NCBI GenBank assembly: GCA_038210985.1
Contig: JBBQWB010000003.1
Coordinates: 465-64,464, forward strand
Direction of reading: 5' to 3'
From: Bacteroidales bacterium
GTDB taxonomy: Bacteria > Bacteroidota > Bacteroidia > Bacteroidales > WCHB1-69
DNA: 64,000 nucleotides
Positions within the stretch are counted from its first letter, which is position 1; every line of letters starts with the position of its first letter. This document shows, one piece after another, positions 19,207 to 28,054 of this stretch. The notes beneath the pieces were generated by a model, which was given only the letters and a program-made list of their open reading frames with translations, was not told the DNA's origin and did no database searches. The position numbers and the translations under genes are program-made.

Positions 19207-20199
19207 ATGAAAATAGCAATAGTTGGTGCTACTGGTTTAGTTGGCACAAAGATTTTAAAAGTTTTAGAAGAAAATGGTCATAATAAGCATGAAATTATTT
19301 TAGCTGCTTCGGAAAAATCGATAGGAAAAAAACTAATTATTGCAGGAAAAGAGATTGATGTTATTTCCATTTCAGATGCGGTGGATAAAAAACCAGATGT
19401 GGCAATTTTTTCGGCTGGTTCGACTGTTTCCAAACAATGGGCTCAAATTTTTGCGAATAACGGATGTTGGGTTATTGATAATTCTTCGGCTTGGCGGATG
19501 GATGAAAATATTCCATTGGTTGTTCCCGAAGTGAATCCACATCATATTGACGGAACATCGAAAATCATTGCCAATCCAAACTGTTCAACAATCCAAATGG
19601 TAGTAGCTTTAGCTCCTTTGCATAAAGCATATCGAATAAAAAGACTAGTAATTTCAACCTATCAATCCGTAACTGGAACTGGCGTAAAAGCAGTTAAGCA
19701 ATTGATGGACGAAAGGGCAGGAGTTGAGGTTGAAAAAGTTTACCCTCATCCAATCGACCTAAATTTGATTCCTCATGGTGGTGATTTTATGGAAGATGGC
19801 TACACCTCAGAAGAAGTAAAATTAGTAAATGAAACTCGTAAGATTTTAGGCGATAATTCGCTTGCTATTACTGCAACGGTGGTTCGTGTTCCGGTTGTTG
19901 GCGGACACTCCGAATCGGTTAACGTAGAGTTTTATAATGATTTTGACATACAAGATGTGAAACATTTGCTAGGAAATTCAAAGGGAATCGAATTGCAAGA
20001 TAATCCATCCACTTTTGAGTATCCAATGCCGCTGTTTTCAAAAGATAAAAACGAAGTTTTTGTAGGACGAATTCGTCGTGATTTTTCGCAAGCAAACACC
20101 TTAAATATGTGGATTGTAGCCGATAATCTACGAAAAGGTGCAGCCACTAATGCCGTGCAAATTTTAGAAAGTTTGATGGAAAATGGGAAAGTGAAATAA
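19207..20199 (+). CDS. asd: Aspartate-semialdehyde dehydrogenase
   Basis: VGATGLVG, IDNSSAWRM, ANPNCSTIQ, STYQSVTGTG, RVPVVGGHSE, DNLRKGAATNAVQI. Confidence 0.98.
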   Translation: MKIAIVGATGLVGTKILKVLEENGHNKHEIILAASEKSIGKKLIIAGKEIDVISISDAVDKKPDVAIFSAGSTVSKQWAQIFANNGCWVIDNSSAWRMDENIPLVVPEVNPHHIDGTSKIIANPNCSTIQMVVALAPLHKAYRIKRLVISTYQSVTGTGVKAVKQLMDERAGVEVEKVYPHPIDLNLIPHGGDFMEDGYTSEEVKLVNETRKILGDNSLAITATVVRVPVVGGHSESVNVEFYNDFDIQDVKHLLGNSKGIELQDNPSTFEYPMPLFSKDKNEVFVGRIRRDFSQANTLNMWIVADNLRKGAATNAVQILESLMENGKVK

Positions 20200-20220
20200 A
20201 CGGTGATTTCTTTTCATTCC

Positions 20221-20312
20221 GAGGTTTCGACAGGCTCAACCACCATTCGACAGGCTCAACCTCCAGTCGATAGACTCAACCTAAAAATGGTGATTGAGCT
20301 CGTCGAAATCTC
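20221..20312. repeat. REP-like family A cluster
   Basis: tttcgacaggctcaacc twice, degenerate gtcgatagactcaacc, and inverted ggtgattgagctcgtcgaaatc. Confidence 0.8.
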
Positions 20313-20448
20313 CAATAATTGGAATTCGGTTATTAGTTACCGGCTTAACATTTACCAAATACTAAAAAGTCCCTGCAAGTATACTATTTACCGTCATTTA
20401 TGGTAAAATAAGTAAATAGATTTAATTTTTCCGAGGTATAAAATCATA

Positions 20449-20504
20449 GTGGCTGTCTAGAATGTTCAAAAATAACGCTGTTATCGGACATTATAGACGG
20501 ACAC
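20449..20504. repeat. 56-bp fold-back mini-element abutting the MITE
   Basis: GTGGCTGTCTA...TAGACGGACAC with inner stems aatgttc/ggacatt and ataac/gttat; TA on both flanks. Confidence 0.5.
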
Positions 20505-20510
20505 TAATTA

Positions 20511-20673
20511 GTGCCTGCAATAAAACTTAGTGTTTGATAAGAAAACGTCAAATTCGAGGCTTTCGCTGCAACGAATTTAGGGAGTTTACTGGTGTAATCG
20601 ACCTGAATTCGTTGTAAGTATAACAGCTTGTCCGACTTTTGGCGGAAAGAAGTTGGCGTTTTCTCACAAGCAC
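20511..20673. mobile_element. 163-bp MITE, copy 1
   Basis: Flanked by the direct repeat TAATTA (20505-20510, 20674-20679); imperfect TIRs; ~95% identical to inverted copy 40192-40354. Confidence 0.85.
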
Positions 20674-20676
20674 TAA

Positions 20677-22080
20677 TTATAAAATTCCCTTCAGTTCGTC
20701 TAATAGTTCAGAAAAACTTGTAGGTTTCGCAACTACTCGTTTATCTTTATCCAGTAAAACCATAGTAGGAGTGGCGTAAACGCTATAGTCGGATGCAATT
20801 TTACCATCCCAACCCATAAAATCACAATAGCTAATCCAACTAAATTTTTGTTCATTCATATACGTTTCGTATTCGGCTTTATTCAAATCGAGAGAAATTG
20901 CCACGACTTCAAAAATTTTGGTTTTTTGTTGCTGATAAAGTGCATGAACATCTGGAAGCGTCTCTTTGCAATGATGACAAGTACTAGCCCAAAAAATCAC
21001 GATGGTATAAGGAGCATCAATACTGGATAAAGAAATCGATTTGCCATCCGAACTAAACTTGAATCCTGGTGCTTTTTGTCCAGTTGCAAGTTTTTTAAAC
21101 GCATCCAAACGCATTTTTAAACGACTATTTTGTTTGGCTTCATCTTCACAACTTTCTTGAATCATATAATGTTCGGCAATGTGCGTAAGAACTATTTCCA
21201 TGTCGAGATATTCAAAGCCTTTGATGATGTAATTCCGAATCATTGAAAAAACACGGTCGTTGGCTTTGGCTTTAGTAAAAATAGTGTCGATAGCCGTGAT
21301 AAATTTCTTTTGTTGCTCGGGTTTACTTATTCCATATTCTATATTCATCTTTACAAAACCAAATGAATGGGTCGTAAATAAGTCGCAAAACAGAAGATTT
21401 GTGTCTTTAAAATCGATAAAATCGAAGTAATGTGTTTTAATAAAAACCTGCATTTCTTCTTCACTAAGACCAATAGGAGGCATTGCCGAACGTGTAGATT
21501 TAATGTAACGAAAAGCAAAACTACCCAAATTGTTTACTAATAATTTTTCGGTGTATGAATTTTGTTTTGCACGAATTTGATTGTATTTCTCTTCAATAAC
21601 TTTCCGAAAATTATCATTTTCTTCCAATAAAGTGAATGCTTGCGATAGTGCTTGAAGTTGTTGCCATACTTTTACATCATTTCTAGTATATTCGTATAGT
21701 ATTTTATTTTCTAGCGATTGAATAAATTTTAAACTATCCTGAATATTTGTAGCATCGGTTGTGAAAACAATGTTTTCGTTATTAAAAATCAGGTCGAAAT
21801 AAATTTCTTTATCCCCTTGATGCCTTGGCTGAAATTCACGAAAAAATGCAATTTTATACATTCCCAAAGGTGCTTTATTGGGCAAATTTATTTGAAAACT
21901 TCCTTGCTTAACAATCGCAGAATCGATTAAAATTTTACGTTCCCCAAAATAGCTGAAAAGATATAAATTACCTTCATATCCCTTGATGTTCCCCGATATT
22001 TTATAGGACTGTGCAGACGTAAATTCGGCACTAAACAGCTGAATAACAATAATTAGCACACTTAAAAATTGTTTTTTCAT
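20677..22080 (-). CDS. Periplasmic TlpA/redoxin-family thiol-disulfide oxidoreductase with N-terminal extension (DUF4369/DUF5106-like)
   Basis: Signal peptide; C-terminal APGF..IVIFWASTCHHC...VYATPTMVLLDKD; promoter box at 22105-22112. Confidence 0.88.
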   Translation of the reverse strand: MKKQFLSVLIIVIQLFSAEFTSAQSYKISGNIKGYEGNLYLFSYFGERKILIDSAIVKQGSFQINLPNKAPLGMYKIAFFREFQPRHQGDKEIYFDLIFNNENIVFTTDATNIQDSLKFIQSLENKILYEYTRNDVKVWQQLQALSQAFTLLEENDNFRKVIEEKYNQIRAKQNSYTEKLLVNNLGSFAFRYIKSTRSAMPPIGLSEEEMQVFIKTHYFDFIDFKDTNLLFCDLFTTHSFGFVKMNIEYGISKPEQQKKFITAIDTIFTKAKANDRVFSMIRNYIIKGFEYLDMEIVLTHIAEHYMIQESCEDEAKQNSRLKMRLDAFKKLATGQKAPGFKFSSDGKSISLSSIDAPYTIVIFWASTCHHCKETLPDVHALYQQQKTKIFEVVAISLDLNKAEYETYMNEQKFSWISYCDFMGWDGKIASDYSVYATPTMVLLDKDKRVVAKPTSFSELLDELKGIL

Positions 22081-22172
22081 GGTTTAAATTGATTTAAAAC
22101 AGGACAAAGGTATTGAAAAATCTTTAAGTCAACTTCTGAAAAATGCTTTTTTGTGGTTGATTTTCAACTTAT

Positions 22173-22390
22173 CCTCATCAGAGTCCTCTGCGAGAGACTC
22201 TGATGGAGGTTTTTAATGGGATTCTGATTTCAGAGTCCTTCATTCCTCATCAGAGTCCTCTGCGAGAGACTCTGATGGAGAATGGGACTCTGATTTTTCA
22301 TTCCTCAAGAGTCTCCTTCATTCCTCATCAGAGTCTCCTGAAAGGGACTCTGATGGAAAGGGACTCTGATGGAAAGGGACTCTGATGGAG
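22173..22390. repeat. REP-like family D array (AGAGTC...GACTCT hairpins) with 16-bp tandem repeat
   Basis: cctcatcagagtcctctgcgagagactctgatggag at 22173 and 22245; variant at 22323; GAAAGGGACTCTGATG x3 at 22340-22387. Confidence 0.85.
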
Positions 22391-22451
22391 ATGTTTTGGC
22401 TGTAATTTTAGAAATTATTCTATCGATTAAATTTAGGAATACTCATTTCCA

Positions 22452-22596
22452 GAGCTTGTTCGGATTTGTAATCCGTACAAACAAAAAATTGCTCAGAATA
22501 CAAAATAAGTTCGGATTACAAATCCGAGCAAACGGAGTCGTCATCCTGATTCGCCACGGCGAAGTCGAAGGAAGGCTGCGGATGCTTCGACAGGCT
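22452..22596. repeat. REP-like family B pair plus family A-related element
   Basis: Two ttcggatt.caa/tccg palindromes, then gtcatcctga...gtcgaagga...cttcgacaggct. Confidence 0.7.
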
Positions 22597-22785
22597 AAAA
22601 ACAAGTAAACCTTAGTTCAACCTCCGAGTTTACTGCCAAAATAGTACGCAAATTCAATGAATAATAGTTTTCAATTAAATGCTTTTTATGTTCATTTAGG
22701 ATAAGTAAATAGAAATTAAGAATTTTAAATAAAGTTACCTTGAAAATATTTCATACTTTTATATCCTAAAACAAAAAGTAATGAT

Positions 22786-23562
22786 ATGAGTGGAATTTTG
22801 TGGGATGATTTGGTTTTTGGTCCAATAAAAAGCAGACGATTGGGCAATTCTTTGGGCGTTAATTTATTGCCTGGCAATAATAAAATATGCACGTTTAATT
22901 GTGTTTACTGCGAATGTGGTTGGGGCGATTCGCCTAAGCAATTAAGCTTGAACTTTCACAATAAAAAGGACATTTTAATTGCTTTGGAAAATAAACTTAA
23001 GGAACTAAAGTTTAACGATTTTGTTTTAAACAGCATTACATTTGCTGGCAACGGTGAACCTACCATGCATCCCGATTTTGCGGACATTGTGGATGAAGTT
23101 ATAAAGCTTCGAAAGCAATATTTTCCCGAAACCATCATTACTTGTTTATCCAATTCAACCATGATTGGCGACGAGTCTATACGCAATGCTTTGCTTAAAC
23201 TAGATAATCCATGGATGAAACTCGATGCTGGAAGTCAACGAATGTTTCAGCTTATTAATCAATCATTTGACAAAATTAAAATTAAAGATGTAGTTGAAAA
23301 TTTGCAAAAAATGAGTGGTGAAATATCGATTCAGACGCTAATGTTGCGAGGTATAATCGATGGCGAAGCAATAGACAATACTCAAGGTGAGGAATTGGAT
23401 TTATGGATTTCGCATTTGCTAAAAATTAAACCCATTCGAGTAATTTTATATCCAATTGACAGAGAAACACCACTATCGAAAATCGAAAAAATCTCGAAGG
23501 ATGAGCTTGAAAGTATTGCCAATAAGCTTCGCTTAATTGGACTTGAGACACTTGTTTTTTAA
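22786..23562 (+). CDS. Radical SAM protein (COG0731-like Fe-S oxidoreductase)
   Basis: FGPIKSRRLG.SLGVN, CTFNCVYC, ITFAGNGEPTMHP, LSNST, KLDAG. Confidence 0.92.
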   Translation: MSGILWDDLVFGPIKSRRLGNSLGVNLLPGNNKICTFNCVYCECGWGDSPKQLSLNFHNKKDILIALENKLKELKFNDFVLNSITFAGNGEPTMHPDFADIVDEVIKLRKQYFPETIITCLSNSTMIGDESIRNALLKLDNPWMKLDAGSQRMFQLINQSFDKIKIKDVVENLQKMSGEISIQTLMLRGIIDGEAIDNTQGEELDLWISHLLKIKPIRVILYPIDRETPLSKIEKISKDELESIANKLRLIGLETLVF

Positions 23563-23574
23563 TAAAGAATTTGT

Positions 23575-23994
23575 ATGAATTGTTTAAGTGATTACGATGT
23601 AAAAGTTCTACTGGCTTTTGGGGAGTCGTTAAAGAAAAACAAAAAGTTTTTCCAATGGCTTATGGAAAATGGATTTCCTGAGCTTGGAGCACTTTCGGCA
23701 GCAATAAATTCAGATTCTGAAGCATTAAAATGGCTTTTAAAAAGCAAATTTCCTGAGTTTGGAGTGTTAAGCAATGCAATTGATGGCGAAGAAAACGCTT
23801 TTTTATGGCTTAAAAAACACAATTGCGATTTTTTACTTCGCTTTGCTTTAGCATGCCGAAAGGATGATAAAGCAATAAAATGGTTTGTTGCAAACGACTT
23901 AAAATTATTTATTCAATTTATTCAAATGATTCATGTCATTTTACAACAACAAATTGATGACTCGGCAGATGTGCATAGAAGGAGAATAACCTAA
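23575..23994 (+). CDS. Hypothetical protein with four 25-aa helical repeats
   Basis: Trp-containing motif A/F-x-x-W-L/F recurs at a 25-residue period. Confidence 0.75.
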   Translation: MNCLSDYDVKVLLAFGESLKKNKKFFQWLMENGFPELGALSAAINSDSEALKWLLKSKFPEFGVLSNAIDGEENAFLWLKKHNCDFLLRFALACRKDDKAIKWFVANDLKLFIQFIQMIHVILQQQIDDSADVHRRRIT

Positions 23995-24080
23995 TCTATT
24001 AGGATGAAAATAATACTTTTAGTTTAAAAAATACTTGATATAAATATTTTTATCATACTTTTACAACTAAAATTTGCAGC

Positions 24081-27000
24081 ATGAATATCCGAAGAATTTT
24101 TTTGTTGTTATTAGTCGTCCTCTTTTATACTGGAAATTCACAAACAATCACTCCAAACTTAAATACTTCGTTTGAAAATTTGAATATTAAAATGGATATT
24201 CGTGATACAATTATTGCTCAATCAATCCCAAAATTGACATTAAATCCAGTACTTAAAAACAACATTGTTTTGCCGTATAAGGTGGATAATAGTAAAAAAG
24301 TTTATTTTCCACCTATTTATGGACCACAAGATATTGGAAATTGTGGTCAAGTTTCTGGAATATATAACACATATAGTTATGAAGTTAACAGGCTTTTGAA
24401 GCGAAATGCGAAAATTGTTGAAAATCAATTTTCACCTGATTTTAATTTAATCATTGCTGGGCAGGATGTAATGCATACTTTAAGGACATGGACAGATATG
24501 GAATATACGGGCGTTCCTACATTAAGTGATTTTTCATCCATAGAAGCGAATCGTTATTTTGGAGTAAGTTCAATATATCAAATAATTATGATGCCAAACT
24601 CATATTTAACATTCTATCGTGCAATGTTTAATAAAATTGACTCATATTATGCCATTGACACAAAAACAGAGGAGGGAATTCTAACATTAAAGCATTGGCT
24701 TCATAATCGACTAAATGGAGAAAACGATGGTGGTGTTGCAATTATTTATTTGGCTTTTGTTATTAATCAAGGAGGTTTTATTGAATATGGTCCCGAAAGA
24801 GGAAAAAAGGTCATTGCAACTTTTCCAAATTTTGCTAACCATAGTGTTGCCGTTGTTGGTTATAACGATTCTGTTTATTGGGATTATAATAACGATGGAT
24901 TAATAACAAACGATTTGGATGTTAATAATGACGGAAAAATTGATGTTCGTGATTGGGAAAAAGGTGCATTTATTGTTGCAAATTCGGATGGAACAAATTG
25001 GGGAAATGATGGATATATGTACATTATGTGTAGTGCCTTTACCGCTTCCGAAAATAATTATTGTATATGGAATAATGCAGCGTATGTTGTTAATCCTAAA
25101 TTACCCGAATCGCCAAAATTGACTTTTAGGATTCAAATGAATCATTTAAGTAGAGAAAACATTCAAGCTAGTATCGGTGTAAGCAGTGATATTTATAAAA
25201 CTACACCAGATTACTCTTTAGTGGTTCCTTTTATCAATTTTCAAACAACCAGACTCAGTGCATTTTCTTCTTCAAGAAACGACACCATATTAAGTGCTGA
25301 ATTTGGAGTAGATTTAACCCCTTTATTGAATTTTATTAATCCAAACAAAGAAGCTCGATTTTTCTTTTCGGTTTATGAATACGATCCCGATTCCTTATAT
25401 TCTGGCTTTATCCGAAATTTTTCATTAATTAACTATACTAAAGGTCAAAATGAAATTAAATATTCGAAATCATTTGTACCCATTAATAATAATGGGAATA
25501 CTACATTATGGATAAACGCAAACGTAGATTTTAAAAAACCAGAACTGTTGATTAAAAAAGTTTCAAATGCAGTTTTAAATGAAGAATATAATGCAGTTCT
25601 TGTTGGCAAAAATGGCAACTTCCCCTATTCATTTTCGCAATTCAGCGATTATAGCATTGAGCAAAAAGTTGCTGAAAATCCAAGAGATGGAGAAGTAGTA
25701 GCCGAAAATGTAGATTATAAATTTATCAAAGCAATAAAGCCTCAATTTCCAATTAAGATTTTTGATATAATTTGGGAAGATAGTATTTACATTTCATCAA
25801 ACGGAACAATTCAATTGGTAAAGCAAAATCCCCATTGGCCATATGTATATTTAGATGATGTTGTGATTTTGTCGACACCTGTTTTTGCTCCATTTTTATC
25901 CTATCTAAAATACGACAATCTCTCTCATAAAATAATTGTCAGCAATACCGACTCTCTTATTTATGTTCGCTGGATAGGAAGAAATGTTGACTTTATAAAT
26001 TCGCATTATGATTTTGGCATTCAAATAAGACCTTCAGGAGATGTAATTTTCGAGTATTATAATATGGATTCGACAATTGCTGCTCAAAATGTAAAAGGAA
26101 TTTGTAAAGGCGATGGAAAAACCATTGTAAAACCAGATTTTATATTCTATCCCAATTATAATTCAAGCTATGTTTTTTCTTTGTCAACTTCTGATACAAT
26201 ATTGAAAATTCAAAAAAACGGTTCCGTTTATGCAAACCCTGCAAGCCAAATTTTAAACCGTAAAATTCCAATATTAATTACAGATAATTCAGGTATCTCG
26301 AATGTTGATACTGTGATTTTTTCTACCTGGGAAAAACCAGCCTTGGAAATATCTCAAATTATATTTTCACCGTTAAAAGAAAAATATTATAAAGGGGATA
26401 CTGTTTTTATAGGTTTTGTAATGAAAAATAATTCGTCCATTACTCAAAATAATATTCCGATAAATTTAGCTAACAACTCCCAAAATATTTTAGCTTTCAA
26501 CCATTTCAAAAACATATCTCAAATTAGTCCTTCGCAAGAATTATATGTCGATAATGCTTTTAAAATTAAAATATTAGATAATTTTAATATAAATAAACTA
26601 GCACAACTTGTTTTATTTTCACAGAATAATAGATTTGATCAAAAAATGATAGTATTAATTTTGGAGAATAGAAAGTGTTATTTCGAGATAGGAGAACCTT
26701 ATATTTTTAATCCACAATTTATCGACCTTCACGAAGGCTGTACCTATTCTTTTAATGTTCCTGTTTTAAACCAAAGTGAAGATGTTATTCGTAATATTAA
26801 AGGAAACATAACGTGTAATAATCCTTCAATCAATATTATTAGATCAACCGTCGAAAAAGATTTATTAAACTCCAATGACACTCTGGTTTTTATATTTTCG
26901 GTCTCTCAAAATATTCAAAAAGGTGAATTTATTGACATAAATGTAAACATAAGCTCCGATGAATGTTCAGGATATAATTTCAAGCATCCTCTATATTCAA

Positions 27001-28043
27001 ATAAATACAACAATATTGAAACTTACGAAGATTCAAATAATCTATTTGTTTTACCATCCGAAAAAAATCAATTATTAATTTTCTCAAATATAATTAATAC
27101 GCTTCAAAATCATGCTTTATTAACGAATAAAAAAAACCAGATTGACAAGTTCTATGAGCGGATTATTAACGCAGATTATATAACAGGTGGAAAGGGTTCT
27201 GTGAGATATAAAATCCAGTTAAACACACTAAATTCGACATTTAATCCTCGATTATTTATAACAGATAGTGATACAATAAGACAGTATTATCTAAATAATT
27301 TGGATGATACTTGTAAATGGAATACTGTTGATTTTAGGTTAAACAAAGGAGTAAGTTCACTCACAATTAAGATGAGATTTTATGGCGAAGGGTCAATTTT
27401 ACTCGATGATTTGATAATTCCAGATTATTACAAAAAGGAATTTTTTGAAATCACTCCTCAAACCCTTTATTTGAAAGCTAAAACAAAGCAAACTTTTTCA
27501 TCCGGTTTTTATTTAAACACTTTTGAGGATATTGGCTCAGAGGTTAATCTGAAATTTTCGACACCGCCATACAAAAATATCAGTTGGTTGGATATTCCCG
27601 AAAAGAAGATTCGTTTAAATGAAGGGAGTGTTTTTGTTCCAATCGTAATTAATTCCGAATATTTAAGCGAAGGTAATTACGAGGTATATATTATTGCGGA
27701 AGGTAAAAATCACACCGATTACATTCATGTTGTTTTGGATGTTTCGGATGGGTTTTTATCTCCAACAGAATCATCGGTAGTAGTTTATCCAAATCCAAGT
27801 GCAGAAAATTATGTGTCCACCGATTTTATATGCGATAGCGAAACAGAATGCCAATTTACGATGTACAGCATTTTAGGAAAAATAGTTTACGATAAAACAC
27901 AAACAACATATCCAGGTTCGGGAATAAAAACTTTGAAATGGAATTTTGCAGATGAAGGCTTGAGTATAACAAAAGGCTTGTATCTTTATCGTTTCAAAAT
28001 TGGTGACAAAATTTATTCAGGAAAAATTATAAGTACGTATTAA
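24081..28043 (+). CDS. Secreted papain-like (C1-type) cysteine peptidase, paralog of 12424..16410, T9SS type A CTD
   Basis: LPYKVDN, QDIGNCGQVSG, NHSVAVVGYND, NSDG..WGNDGY; CTD VYPNPS..MYSILGK..GLYLYRFKIG....KII. Confidence 0.8.
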   Translation: MNIRRIFLLLLVVLFYTGNSQTITPNLNTSFENLNIKMDIRDTIIAQSIPKLTLNPVLKNNIVLPYKVDNSKKVYFPPIYGPQDIGNCGQVSGIYNTYSYEVNRLLKRNAKIVENQFSPDFNLIIAGQDVMHTLRTWTDMEYTGVPTLSDFSSIEANRYFGVSSIYQIIMMPNSYLTFYRAMFNKIDSYYAIDTKTEEGILTLKHWLHNRLNGENDGGVAIIYLAFVINQGGFIEYGPERGKKVIATFPNFANHSVAVVGYNDSVYWDYNNDGLITNDLDVNNDGKIDVRDWEKGAFIVANSDGTNWGNDGYMYIMCSAFTASENNYCIWNNAAYVVNPKLPESPKLTFRIQMNHLSRENIQASIGVSSDIYKTTPDYSLVVPFINFQTTRLSAFSSSRNDTILSAEFGVDLTPLLNFINPNKEARFFFSVYEYDPDSLYSGFIRNFSLINYTKGQNEIKYSKSFVPINNNGNTTLWINANVDFKKPELLIKKVSNAVLNEEYNAVLVGKNGNFPYSFSQFSDYSIEQKVAENPRDGEVVAENVDYKFIKAIKPQFPIKIFDIIWEDSIYISSNGTIQLVKQNPHWPYVYLDDVVILSTPVFAPFLSYLKYDNLSHKIIVSNTDSLIYVRWIGRNVDFINSHYDFGIQIRPSGDVIFEYYNMDSTIAAQNVKGICKGDGKTIVKPDFIFYPNYNSSYVFSLSTSDTILKIQKNGSVYANPASQILNRKIPILITDNSGISNVDTVIFSTWEKPALEISQIIFSPLKEKYYKGDTVFIGFVMKNNSSITQNNIPINLANNSQNILAFNHFKNISQISPSQELYVDNAFKIKILDNFNINKLAQLVLFSQNNRFDQKMIVLILENRKCYFEIGEPYIFNPQFIDLHEGCTYSFNVPVLNQSEDVIRNIKGNITCNNPSINIIRSTVEKDLLNSNDTLVFIFSVSQNIQKGEFIDINVNISSDECSGYNFKHPLYSNKYNNIETYEDSNNLFVLPSEKNQLLIFSNIINTLQNHALLTNKKNQIDKFYERIINADYITGGKGSVRYKIQLNTLNSTFNPRLFITDSDTIRQYYLNNLDDTCKWNTVDFRLNKGVSSLTIKMRFYGEGSILLDDLIIPDYYKKEFFEITPQTLYLKAKTKQTFSSGFYLNTFEDIGSEVNLKFSTPPYKNISWLDIPEKKIRLNEGSVFVPIVINSEYLSEGNYEVYIIAEGKNHTDYIHVVLDVSDGFLSPTESSVVVYPNPSAENYVSTDFICDSETECQFTMYSILGKIVYDKTQTTYPGSGIKTLKWNFADEGLSITKGLYLYRFKIGDKIYSGKIISTY

Positions 28044-28054
28044 AATTTTTAATA

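Noticed and set aside
22173-22390. Possible CRISPR array
   Set aside because: Units vary in length and sequence, the 'spacers' are fragments of the same repeat, there is no constant period and no cas gene. It behaves like a REP/BIME array.
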